Source: Octopus vulgaris
Taxonomy: Eukaryota
Length of the DNA: 64,000 bases
Direction of reading: 5' to 3'
NCBI GenBank assembly: GCA_951406725.2
Contig: OX597827.1
Location: forward strand, 8,990,001 to 9,054,000
In this document: piece after piece, positions 52,160-64,000 of the stretch
Layout: each line of letters begins with the position of its first letter
Numbering within the stretch: position 1 is the stretch's first letter
Made by a program: the position numbers and the translations under genes
The notes under the pieces: model-generated
Database searches by the model: none
What the model saw: the letters and a program-made list of their open reading frames with translations, nothing else
Told to the model about the DNA's origin: nothing

Positions 52160-53030
52160 GTATTACATTACACAATATTTTGCTATACTATATGGGACTG
52201 CATGTCTACTCTACGTTTTACACCACTCCAATACATTGTACCATACTGTATTATAATAGGCTACAATTAACTCCATTTCACCACATAGCTCTATACTTTA
52301 CAACACTCTACTATATTACACTATACAACACTACATTACACAACACTATGCTGTCTGTGGGACCAAAAGGAGATCTCATCGGTGACCAAAGGGCGAATAT
52401 ATCAGGCTGTCGTTCGTACAGTACTTCTCTAAGGCTGTGAAACGTGGCCTATGTGGGTGGTCGATCAACGAAGGTTGGAAGTCTTCGACAATGACTGCCT
52501 CTGGTGCATTCTTCAACGCTGTTGGGTGGACCGAGTTCCCATCGCCAATCTCCGACTTCGCCTGTCTCTGCAGCCCCTTCATGTAGACGTCCGGTGGGTG
52601 AACTGAGCTGTGATGTCCTTCTCCCAACTCCACTTCCCAACTGGCAGAAACGCGCGGGCAGGCAGCTGAAGACCTGGGTTACGATGATCAAGGAGGACCT
52701 CTCCATGCTCACGGGACTGCAGGTGGTCGGCCTGCACCGATGGAACCGTGACTGGCTCGCTATCTCCAATGAACTGGCGCAGGACCATCATGCGTGGGCA
52801 GCCATGGTTCGAGATGCCTCGAGGGTGGTAGAAGAAGCCGACTCAACCTGCCCAGGGTGAATGTCACCACAAGTACAAGTAGTAAGTACTATGCTGTGCT
52901 TCACTCTACTACATCATACTACACTATACTATGCATTTCACTATAGTTCACTTCAAAGCATTACACCAGGCTAAATGACATTACTCCACTTTGCACTAAA
53001 TTAAATTACACCACACCACACTGGCACTCC
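52160..53030. repeat. Degenerate pentamer satellite (CTACA/TTACA)n hosting insertions
   Basis: Direct reading. Confidence 0.7.
52355..52887 (+). mobile_element. 5'-truncated RTE LINE (third family) with (CAAGTA)n tail
   Basis: GCETWP...LEVFDNDCL...GRQLKTWVTMIKEDL...LAQDHHAWAAMVRD; 10-bp TSD actatgctgt. Confidence 0.9.
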
Positions 53031-53346
53031 ATTGGCTATGACGATGAGTTGATCCAATCAACGGAACAGCCTCCTCGTGAACTTAACATGCAAGTGACTA
53101 AAAGAACTTTCTGGAGCCATCACTGAATGTGACTAACTTCTCATGATTTTGAACTGTCTGCTTAATTTCTCATGATATGTTGGTGGTTGCTGACATCTGA
53201 AGAATCAAAACAAACCCTGATATCACAACCCCTTGACACTGGACAAGCCCATGGAGTTTCAGTTTTTTTCTATATCACACCTATGTCAGTAGTTGTTGGT
53301 TTTATACATAATGGTTTCAAATTTTGGCACAAAACCAGCAATTTTA

Positions 53347-53805
53347 GTTATTCTTTGTAAGCCTAGTACTTATTCTATTGGTCTCATTACTGAACCACTA
53401 AGTTGCGGGGATGTAAACAGACCATCAGCTGTCAGGCGATAGTGGGAGGGCAAACAGACACAAAGACACACCACATAAACATACACGTATGCACACACAC
53501 ACATTGTGAGTGGATTTGGTAGATGGAAACTGAAAGAAGCCCGTCGTATATATGTATATATATATATATATATGCGTGTATGTGTTTGTATGTCTGTGTT
53601 TGTCCCCCTAGCATTGCTTGACAACCGATGCTGGTGTGTAGATGTCCCCCGTTACTTAGCAGTTCAGCAAAAGAGACTGATAGAATAAGTACTGGGCTTA
53701 CAAAAAAGAATAAGTCCCAGGGTCGAGTTGCTCAACTAAAGGCGGTGCTCCAGCATGGCCGCAGTCAAATGACTGAAACAAGTAAAAGAGTAAAAGAGTA
53801 AAAGG
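53347..53805. mobile_element. Two family A SINE fragments fused in opposite orientation
   Basis: Minus piece 53347-53503, plus piece 53504-53805. Confidence 0.8.
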
Positions 53806-53938
53806 TATTTGATTGTACTTCATTTTAACAGCCCCTGAAAGGATGAAAGACCAAGTACCAAGTTGATCTCATCATGGATTGAACACAGACGTAAAAAGCT
53901 GGAGGAAATACCTAAAGGTATTTTCTTTGATGTTCTAA

Positions 53939-54145
53939 GGCGGCAAGCTGGCAGAATCGTTAGCACGCCAGGCGAAATGCTGAGCGGTATTTCGTCTGCC
54001 GTTACGTTCTGAGTTCAAATTCCGCTGAGGTCGACTTTGCCTTTCATCCTTTCGGGGTCGATTAAATAAGTACCAGTTACACACTGGGGTCGATATAATC
54101 GACTTAATCCCTTTTGACTGTCCTTGTTTGTCCCCTCTGTGTTTT
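53939..54145 (+). mobile_element. Family B SINE
   Basis: Family match. Confidence 0.88.
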
Positions 54146-54764
54146 ACATGGGGAGTATTTGAACTCAGAACACAGACAGCCAGAATAAATATTGCAAACC
54201 ATTTCTTTGTCCATTACTCTAACAATTCTGCTACTCTACCAAATTTAGTAGTAATTAAGATAATGATTTTTATTTCTCTTCACCATGGGTGTAATTTTAA
54301 TCAATTAAAATTTTTTGGTTCAATACATTAAGTATGATAGCACCAACATTACTAACAACTCTGCAGTCTGATGGAATGCTTCATAAATATATATATATAT
54401 TATATTAGAAACAAAAAGAAAGCATGATCTGTACTGGGAATGTAAACTTCAATAGTAGGAGAAAGTATAAAGTCATTAGTGAAAGGGAGGACGTCTGGAA
54501 ATGTATATTATGTCTCCATGGCAACTAGCTTTTAGAGAAAAATACCGCAAAAACATATACATGGACAGGAAGTATAAATATTGAATAGATAAGTTCATAA
54601 ATAAATTTACATATGTATGTTTAATAAACATACATTTAGCTTAGTTGCGAAAAAGACTATATGGTTAAATCGCACAGCCTGCTTTTAAGAATTGTGTAAC
54701 GAACAACTTATTTTGTCTAATTTTACCAGCTTAGCAAGAGCATTTACCTCATCTGATAGAGAGA

Positions 54765-54812
<48 letters not shown>

Positions 54813-55340
54813 GGTGGATTGAGAGGGAGAGGGGAGCCTTACAATTACTTATGAAAGATGGAATTAGCAATAGGCACTTTGCATATAGGTAATTTCCCAA
54901 GACAATTATTTTTGTGCCATGTCCAAACCATGGATGTATATGGGTGAGTTATGTATATGTAATACTGGTAACATGTAATATGACATACCATACAACTTGT
55001 TGCAGGGTCGGGGCATTGGCAATTAAGCCAACAACCCTACAAAATCTGCTTGATCAGGATGAAGGGTTTTGTTGGATGCCTTGCAAGATGCAGAACAAAA
55101 CCAGTCAAATAACAGCTGAACTCAGTAGAGTCGACAGTCACCCAACAGATGGGAGTTTGAGATGCCTGGTCTAAGTTAAGATATCTCTCTAGAAAAGAGA
55201 ATTTCCAAAACAACAACTGCCTCATTGCAAAGCCAGAGATCTTTGCTCTTGCTTATTTCTGGACTACTTGACTTTGCAGATGAGAGCCTTAGAGTGTTCT
55301 GCAGGCTGTTATTGACTTTAAATTCCAGCATGGACATTAC

Positions 55341-55577
55341 TTATTTCTATACAGCCCACAAGGGGCTACACACAGAGGGGACGGACAAACAAGGACAGAC
55401 AAATGGATTAAGACGATTATATCGACCCCAGCTCATAGCTGGTGCTTATTTAATCGACCCCGAAAAGATGAAAGGCAAAGTCGACCTCAGCGGAATTTGA
55501 ACTCAGAACATAAAGACAGACGAAATGCCACAAAGTATTTTGTCCGAGGTGCTAACAATTCTGTCAGCTTGCCACCT
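55341..55577 (-). mobile_element. Family B SINE
   Basis: 16-bp TSD cagcatggacattact. Confidence 0.9.
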
Positions 55578-55601
55578 CACAGCATGGACATTACTGACAG
55601 C

Positions 55602-55773
55602 CACTAGCATAGTTAGAGAGTGTGCTGCCCGGAGCGTCCCTTCCGTTTGCTGACCCCGGACCCCACAAAAAGCCACATATTGTCTACAGCAGACCCCAAA
55701 AAGTATCGCCCCTTTAAAATTGCCACCCGGGGCAGACTGCCTCTACTGCCCCCCACCCCTAGCTATGCTAGTA
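55602..55773. mobile_element. hAT-type MITE
   Basis: TIRs cactagcatagttag / ctagctatgctagta; 8-bp TSD ctgacagc. Confidence 0.8.
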
Positions 55774-55825
55774 CTGACAGCTATTGTCTATATATATATG
55801 TATATATATATATATAAATAAATAA

Positions 55826-56072
55826 ATGTGCCCTTTTAAAGCCTAGCCAGGCTCGTGGGCCCGGTTTCCCAGTTTCCATGACGTATGTGTTCCCCAGCTG
55901 GATGGGACGCCAGTCCATCACAACGTTACTCATTTTTGCCAGCTGAGTGGACAGGAGCAACGTGAAATGAAGTATTTTGCTCAAGAACACAATGTGTCAC
56001 CCGGTCCAAGAATCGAAACCACAATCTTACGATCATGATGCTGACACCCTAACCACTAAGCTACGCGCCTCC
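55826..56072 (-). mobile_element. Family D SINE with V-like tail
   Basis: Tail shared with 5016-5320, head shared with 49472. Confidence 0.85.
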
Positions 56073-56406
56073 ACTATATATAAATATATATATATATACA
56101 CACACAGACAAATAGGAACGTACACATCATTGTCATCATGTTCCATGCTAGCTTGGAATATGATGTCAGTTCTGCAGTTCTGGAGTTACTGCCTTTGTAG
56201 ACAGGTCATACCCAATGTGTCACTTGTGTGGTACATTTTTGGTAAGGCCTAAAAATGTAAGATACAAGTACCACACTGTCAAGAAGAAGGGCAACAGTAG
56301 GATGCCCTTCCACTTGCAAACTACTTTACAGAGTGTACAAGGTTCATTTTACTAAGATGGCAACATTAATAAAACTGTCTTGCCTCAAAATATAAATATA
56401 TAAACA

Positions 56407-56820
56407 GGCGCAGGAGTGGCTGTGTCGTAAGTAGCTTGTTTACCAACCACATGGTTCCGGATTCAGTCCCACTGCATGGCATCTTGGGCAAGTGTCTTCT
56501 GCTATAGCCTCGGGCCGACCAATGCCTTGTGAGTGGATTTGGTAGACGGAAACTGAAAGAAGCCTGTCATATATATGTATATATATTTATGTATGTGTGT
56601 GTATGTGTTTGTGTGTCTGTGTTTGTCCCCCTAGCATTGCTTGACAACCGATGCTGGTGTGTTTACATCCCCGTCACTTAGCGGTTCAGTAAAAGAGACC
56701 AATAGAATAAGTACTGTGCTTACAAAGAATAAGTCCCGGGGTCGATTAGCTCGACTAAAGGCGGTGCTCCAGCATGGCCGCAGTCAAATGACTGAAACAA
56801 GTAAAAAAAAAAAAAGAGAG
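56407..56820 (+). mobile_element. Family A SINE
   Basis: Family match. Confidence 0.92.
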
Positions 56821-56824
56821 TCCA

Positions 56825-57050
56825 CTAATGATGGTGCCATGTAAAAAGCACTGGTGCTAGTGCTACATAAAAAGCATCCAGTACACTCTGTAAGGTGGTT
56901 GGTATTAGGAGGGGGCATCCAACTGTAGAAACCAAACCAAAACAGACTATGGAACCGTGGTGCAGCCCCTGACCTTGCCAGCTCCTGTCAAGCTATCTAA
57001 CCCATGCCAGCATAGAAAAATGGATGTTGAATGGTGACGTTGATGATGAG
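56825..57050 (+). mobile_element. RTE (GAT)n tail
   Basis: Family match. Confidence 0.78.
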
Positions 57051-57180
57051 CATGTATGTATTGTTTAGAAGTCCAACCATGTGGTTCTGGATTTTATTTA
57101 ATGGTACGCTCACTTGTGTAGATGATTTCCATTTAGACTCAGATTGGGCAATAAGTTGCAGGTGGAATTTGGTAATGCTT

Positions 57181-57213
<33 letters not shown>

Positions 57214-57684
57214 ATGTAATTTTGTAAGTGCAGTTGCATGAAATTCTCAACCCATGGATTACTTACATGGTTTAATGAATAAAGATGTATGTATATACAA
57301 CTTTGAAATATACTGTATATATACACAACAGATAACCAAGGACATTAAAGGTTCTGTTTCTCTTTACCAAATTCACTCGCATGGCATTGGTCATGCTACA
57401 AAGTGAGAATGAATCCAAAACTACATAATTGAAAAGTGAACCTCTTAACCACACAACCTTAGTGAAATTTGCAATGAAAGTGTATGACCCACAGTCATCT
57501 TAAAGTCAAGGGCACACTGGGCAATTACTGAGAGGCAACATGGATCAAGGAGGCCAATTTTCATCCATGTGGCTTGCTGTCAATAAGTAAATACTTATAG
57601 GGCCCAGTGCACTGATTGACCTGAGAGCTTATAATGTTGCTAAGACAACCTTTGTATGTCACATCCCGCCAATATGAGGATAAT

Positions 57685-58065
57685 CATCATCACCCAGTGC
57701 TTTAAATCCAAGTTTTATCCCCATTAATGAGGGTGGCCGAGTCTACCTCAATGCCATAGCACCCACCTTCATACCATCTCGCCGTCTTGCCCAGTTTTGG
57801 GCATCCTCCTTTTTCAAGCCAACCCTCCCAATCTCTTCCTCCACCTGTCCCCTCCAACCTTTTTCTCTGTCTACTTCACTTTTGTGCTCCATTTACCTCA
57901 AATGCAATCACCCTCCTCAGAGCATGCTCTTCACCCCTCCTCAACACATGCCCATACCACCTGATGCCACTCGCCCTCTCCACCGAATCCTCAGTCCTCC
58001 TCTTATCAAACAGCTTCACCCCACACATTTCTCTCACCATTGCTCTCTCAGTCCTTCTCAAAAAT
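57685..58065 (-). mobile_element. RTE C-terminal fragment
   Basis: RRTERAMVREMCGVKLFDK...IRWYGHVLRR. Confidence 0.8.
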
Positions 58066-59637
58066 TACCATCTCTCTCTCACCCTCAGCCACCAGATAAT
58101 TCTTTGTAGAAAAGAGTACAAGTGGGGTTTGTGAAGTGTTGACATCTTTGGAACTAACTTACATAACATGACTTCTGTGTAAAGAAAAAAGTAACTTCTA
58201 CTCATAACCATATTCATTTTTTCCTTCTTTTCTAGAATTTATCATGTCTTTTATCTTTTATTGACAGTTTGAATATGCCAGTAATAACATTGCATTTACA
58301 CACATCACTGCTTAGTACTCTCACTCTGCTTCTACCCTTTATCTTTTAGTTGTTTTGATCATTGGACTAGAGCCGTGTTAAGGTACCACCTTCAAAGGTC
58401 TTAGTTGAACAGATCGATCATAGTTCTTATTTTTTAAGTCAGGTACTTATTCTATTATTCTATCAGATTCATTTTCATGAACCGCTAAGTTACATAAACA
58501 CACCTGTTATGCACAGCGGGACTGATCCTTAAACCACATAAGAAACCTTTTGATAGCATATGATATGATGGCTGCCCCCTCGAGTATGGCCATTGCACGA
58601 AGCTTAACTGTTATTGGTGCTGTGATCGAATGTGACTTTTATTTGCTTTTTAAGGCTACAGCCAGCCATTCAGTTGAGACTCACAGCACCATCAACAATC
58701 ATGAACAATGTTGTTACTGTGCAATGCCTGTGCAGGAAGATTTTTTTTAAAGTGAGGAAAGGTTGTGCACTGAGTCAATCCCACTCACCAAGCAACAGCA
58801 GCCATAATCTGAAAAGAAGAACAAGTCAACATCATCGGTAACCACTGAGCCACAGGTTTTATGTCGGAGTTATCCCAGTTACCTGAGTTACCTTCTTCTA
58901 GAAGGATGCCCTAACAAAGGCTAGGAGTCCTTCACTTCCAATGGTTTAACCATGCGATCGGGTATTCAGTCTGATTATTTCTATGTCCCCGCGCATGATA
59001 CAGCCTTAAGCCTTAAGAAAAAAAAGAAATTACACATAGCAAGCTTCTTAATCACACAACCATGTCTATGTCAGAGATTAATATTTATTATTATCATCAT
59101 CAACATCATCATCATCACCACCACCACCACCATCATCACCACCACCAACATCATCATCATTTTACAGCTGCTTTCCTTGTAGGCACAAGTAAGATGATTT
59201 AACAGGATTCAACAAATTGGTAGAACACATCTTGCTCCAGTGCTTCATTTTTTTGCATTGCTTCTATGGCTGGATGCCCTTCATAACAATCTCGACCATT
59301 TTTACAGATTGTGCTGGGTGTATTTTTCCATATCCCCAACATAATAGATATTGTCTTACCATCAGGAAGACTAAAGATCCTTCTCAGGAACTATATCATT
59401 GTGGATCAATTCAATAACCAACCACTCAGTGTGTACTGGATTCTTTTTTTGTGGCACCAGCACTGTTAGAGTCACCTTGTCACTTGCAAAGCAAAAGAGA
59501 GTAGCATCCAAATGAAAGGAACAGATTTATTGAATGAATGACAATGGAGAGAATCACAGAAGGACCATTGTTGGACTAACCGCCACAAGAAATACTATCA
59601 AAGTGTATCTTAGTAGATTCTTTTGTTACATAGCTAT

Positions 59638-60035
59638 ACTCTTTTACTTGTTTCAGTCATTTGACTGTGGCCGTGCTGGAGCACCACCTTTAGTCAATTG
59701 AGCAAATCGACCCCAGGACTTATTCTTTGTAAGCTTAGTACTTATTCTATCGGTCTCTTTTGCCGAACCGCTAAGTTACGGGGACGTAAACACATCAGCA
59801 TCGGTTGTCAAGTGATGTTGGGGGGGACAAACACAGACACACAAACATATATATGCACATATATATATATATATACATATATACGATGGGCTTCTTTCAG
59901 TTTCTGTCTACCAAATCCACTCACAAGGCTTTGGTTGGCCCAAGACACTTGCCCAAGGTGCCACGCAGTGGGGACTGAACCCGGAACTATGTGGTTGGTA
60001 AGCAAGCTACTTACCACACAGCCACACCTACACCT
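59638..60035 (-). mobile_element. Family A SINE
   Basis: Family match. Confidence 0.9.
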
Positions 60036-60689
60036 ATGGTACAATATTTTTATTGAATTTATTTATTTGTTTGTCTTTCATTACTGAGTGTAAGGAGGAA
60101 GGGTGGTAGCCATGAGCCTTTTTATTGACAGGTAGGATGAAGAACTACACCTGAGTGTTTGCAGCTCAGAGACTTCCAATTTTGCTATTCACTTTAATTT
60201 TTTATATGCTCTGCTGATTCTATCAGAAGTCTTTAGAATTATATCTAACTCACTACTTTTTTCCTTTCCAGTTTTCTCTGGGTTAAAATTTCTGATTATA
60301 AACTGTTTGGTGATAGACAAATAATTATTTCACAGTTAACTAATTGCAGCTAATAAAGAATCAGTGAAGCACTTAGACCAATTTAATTGATTGATATTAG
60401 TGTCTATCAGGCTTCTTCAAGCAAGAGACTAAAGCTGAAATTCCCAAACAAAACTTTTTAGGGTCGCTTGTGTTTTCAGGGAATAATAGGGTGAAGCCCA
60501 GTAGATGGAGTGTTCATACAAGGAGCAAGGCATTAAGTATTACTTGCTTTGAAACACATAATGATGGAACAATCTCACACAAAGGCAATAATTACGGGTA
60601 TATGTAGTGTGATAGATTGATAGAATCATGAATGCATTAAAGCAAAGGATTATTCCAATTCTCTGGACTTTCAGTTCAAATCCCTCCAG

Positions 60690-61428
60690 CTGTCTAACAC
60701 CAGTGGACATGTTTACAAAGTCAGAAAACAACACAGCTCCCATGACTTTCGGAAACATTTTTTCACGCTGAGAGTTGCTGAAGCATGGAACAAACTGCCA
60801 GCATCAGTTGTTAGTTGTCGGAGCACTGCATCCTTCAAAACTTTCATGCTTCCTCAGATTCGCCAACACTACACCTGATTTTCTCCCCTCCATACACACA
60901 CAAGCATGTATCTGGCTCATACACTGTTCACTTTCCAGACATTTGTACATTACTGCGTATACTTTATACGCATTTTTGACAAGTTGTGGTGCACCTGAGC
61001 ACTGTATACAATAATTTCATAATAATTATTATTATTATCATTACTACTACTATTATTACTACCTTTTCAAACTCCACCCGTCTAACACCCGTGGACATAT
61101 TTACAAAGTCAGAAAACAACACAGCTCCCATGACTTTCGGAAACATTTTTTCATGCTAAGAGTTGCTGAAGCCTGGAACAAACTGCCGGCATCAGTTGTT
61201 AGTTGTCGGAGCACTGCATCCTTCAAAACTTCCATGCTTCCTCAGATTCGCCAACACTACACCTGATATTCTCCCCACCATACACACGCAAGCATGTATC
61301 TGGCTCATACACTGTTCACTTTCCAGACATTTGTACATTACTGCATATGCTTTATATGCACTTTCTGACAAGTTGTAGTGCACCTGAGCACTGTATACAA
61401 TAATTTCATTATTATTATCATTATTATT
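60690..61428 (+). mobile_element. Two tandem CR1 3' fragments truncated at almost the same point
   Basis: Both start gtctaacacc..gtggacat and end gcacctgagcactgtatacaataatttcat(att)n. Confidence 0.9.
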
Positions 61429-62334
61429 CATCCTTTCAGAGTTGATAAAATAAAGTATCAATCCAGGATGGCAGATTGGCTGAAATGTTAGAATGAAGAT
61501 ACCATGTGGTATCCGTTCCAGCTCTTTGTCTTCGGAAAGAGACACCTACAACAATGCTGGTGCCAAGCTAGGATTGGCCCTAAAGCAGTGACCTCTCCCT
61601 CGAATAACATTGACAGCATGGCAAGAGGAAGCATGCATGCATGGACAACAAAAGTTAGTCTTCTTCAAAGACCTTTGCCCAGGTCTGTGCATACAGGGGC
61701 AGACGGATGGCCAACTCTGACCAATAATGGCCAGGGATGTTTCTATAGCTATGCCTGACGCTACTCGGAATAAGAAGTCTAGACTAGAAGCAAAATAAAA
61801 AAAATGCAATATTTGGCATGGTTTTACTACTATACCCCTTCTGTTTGATGTCTAAGGATATCTTTATCCAAAATGAAAGCAAAACACTTTAGGTAGCTAC
61901 AGCTAGGAAATTAACTTAATGGCTTAATGATAAAATATCAGTTTAGATTCTGATGCAATATCAGATAACTTAAATGTTATGTTTTTATTCTACCAGATTT
62001 GATTTCCTCTGATATCCTACTGGTGTTAAAGAAATAAATGTTATCAATGAATAGACATATGTAGCTAAAAAATATAGAGAGGCCATGACTAACTATTCCT
62101 TCTCAAAATAAACAAAATGATTTAAATAAAGACTTAAAAATACCTCAGCAATTTTCATAAAAATCGATGTAAAGCAATAAACTAATTTATCTCATAATAT
62201 AAAAATCATTTATCTCTTTGACTATTTCAGAATATTTTCAGTTAACCAACGTTTGATGCAGCCGTGCTTGACCAAGCAAACCCATTTGACATCACAATAC
62301 ATGTTGCCTCTAGTTTCTGCTCTAATGTGTTTTT

Positions 62335-62756
62335 CCTATGTGTGTGCATGTGTGTTTGTGCGTGTATACATACATATACACATTCATGTGTATATATATA
62401 TATATATGCATGTGTTTGTATGTGCATATATATATTTCTATGTATGTGTGTGTGTGAGTATACATACATATATACATTCATGTGTATATATGTGCGCGTG
62501 TGTATTTGTGTGTGCATATATATTTCTATGTATGTGTGTGTGCGTGCATGCATGTGTGTGCGAGTATACATACATATATACATTCAGGTGTATATATATG
62601 TGTGCGTATGTATTTGTGTGTGCATATATATTTCTATGTATGTGTGCGTGCATGCATGCATGTGTGTGCGAGTATACATACATATATACATTCATGTGTA
62701 TATATGTGTGCGTGTGTATTTGTGTGTGCATATATATTTCTATGTATGTGTATATA

Positions 62757-62795
<39 letters not shown>
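62335..62795. repeat. Higher-order repeat, ~107-bp unit built from dinucleotides, about 4 copies
   Basis: gagtatacatacatatatacattca at 62456, 62562 and 62670. Confidence 0.85.
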
Positions 62796-62799
<4 letters not shown>

Positions 62800-63173
62800 T
62801 AGGTAAACAAAAAAGACATAACTAATAGATAACACAGATTAAACCTATGTAAACAAACTCAGTAGGTGGAAATTTAAAATATTTTAGCTGACATTATAGA
62901 AAAAAAGAGACGTAATGACTTGATGAACATTATGTGATTGCCAACACACGTATACACTCAGCAGATGAAATATTGGAAGTTCTAAACTATTGAACGAAAA
63001 TTTGAGATGTGTCTCAAAACCAGAATTTTTGTCTACTAGCTTTAATTAATTGAAAAAGTAAAAAAAAAAAAAAAAAAAGATAAATAAATATAAAAAATAA
63101 AAAGTAAAATAAACAGAGGCAGAAAGAGAGAGAGAGAGTGTAAGTGTGTGTGTAAATGTGTGTAAGTGTGTGC

Positions 63174-63209
<36 letters not shown>

Positions 63210-63597
63210 AAGAGAGGGAAAAGCAAAAAGAATATTTAGTTGCATTTCTAAACTGGACAAATATTTGAAGAAGAATATATTCAGCAGTTCGTGTACTACT
63301 ATTAGATGAAAAATCTAATTGATCTTTTATGGTGACTGTTAAAAAACAGACTAAATATTTCAGTAACGAAGACATTATTTAATCATGCTGAAACAAAATT
63401 ACATAAAAGATGAAAAAAAAAAAAAGAAAATGTTTACAAAACCTATTTACTATTCCCTCTTAACTTTTTTAAATGGGCTGGTTTGAAATTTTCAAGAGAA
63501 ATATTTTTTTCGTTCAGTTGAAAATAAAACCCAAGATAAACAAAAATTCAAAATTAATGTTGCATTCTGGGATAAAATGTGGATAAAATTAGGTATA

Positions 63598-63750
63598 CCG
63601 TAACTTAGCGGTTCGGCAAATGAGACCGATAGAATAAGTACTGGGCTTACAAAAGAATAAGTCCCGGGGTTGATTTGCTCGACTAAAGGCGGTGCTCCAG
63701 CATGACCACAGTCAAATGACTGAAACAAGTAAAAGAGTAAAAGAGAGTAT
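63598..63750 (+). mobile_element. Family A SINE 3' fragment
   Basis: Tail match. Confidence 0.88.
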
Positions 63751-63784
63751 ACCATTCACAGCTCCATCTATCTATTTTCCATAG

Positions 63785-63857
63785 CCTTTTGGAGTACCAG
63801 TTTATGGTATTCTGAAGACAGTCTTCTTCGAGAGACCTTCTTCACTCTTCATTTCCA
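63785..63857 (+). other. Candidate 73-nt internal exon
   Basis: ttttccatag acceptor and gtaagt donor; two frames open (PFGVPVYGILKTVFFERPSSLFIS or FWSTSLWYSEDSLLRETFFTLHF). Confidence 0.3.
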
Positions 63858-64000
63858 GTAAGTATCTCACACAGTTTCTTCCTTCTCTTTTTTTCTCCCT
63901 CTTTCATGAAGAATGGATAAAATTTAACAGATGTCAAACAAAGTCATATAAAGGCATGCGGCCTAATGGTTAGGCTTTTGCACAAAGGCGGCAAGCTGGC

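Noticed and set aside
54746-54810. Minus-strand micro-exon after a (CT)n tract (cag|ATGAG|gtaaat)
   Set aside because: The polypyrimidine tract is just a microsatellite and nothing else supports it

Overview
AT-rich, repeat-saturated eukaryotic DNA. The SINE/LINE repertoire and the long (TA)n/(CA)n tracts look like octopus (cephalopod) intronic or intergenic sequence; this is pattern recognition, not a database result. No intact protein-coding gene is recognisable, and most ORFs in the track are microsatellite or SINE artefacts. Supported content: dozens of tRNA-derived SINEs from about four families (CORE-like, Meta-like and V-like domains), decayed RTE and CR1 LINEs (one ~3.2 kb RTE retains APE and RT), two mariner remnants, a hAT MITE with an 8-bp TSD, and a thymidine-kinase-1 pseudogene fragment. 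The most interesting hidden layer is a set of short inserts sitting inside (TA)n/(GT)n microsatellites. They carry type I hammerhead ribozyme motifs and often fold back as long palindromes. One hammerhead has a complete core and a perfect 8-bp stem I (8934-9024). Another lies just downstream of a Penelope-type endonuclease C-terminal motif (35727-35846, minus strand). Together these suggest microsatellite-targeting Penelope-like elements. Several of them land in the microsatellite carried inside the commonest SINE, whose own 3' tail resembles a hammerhead half.
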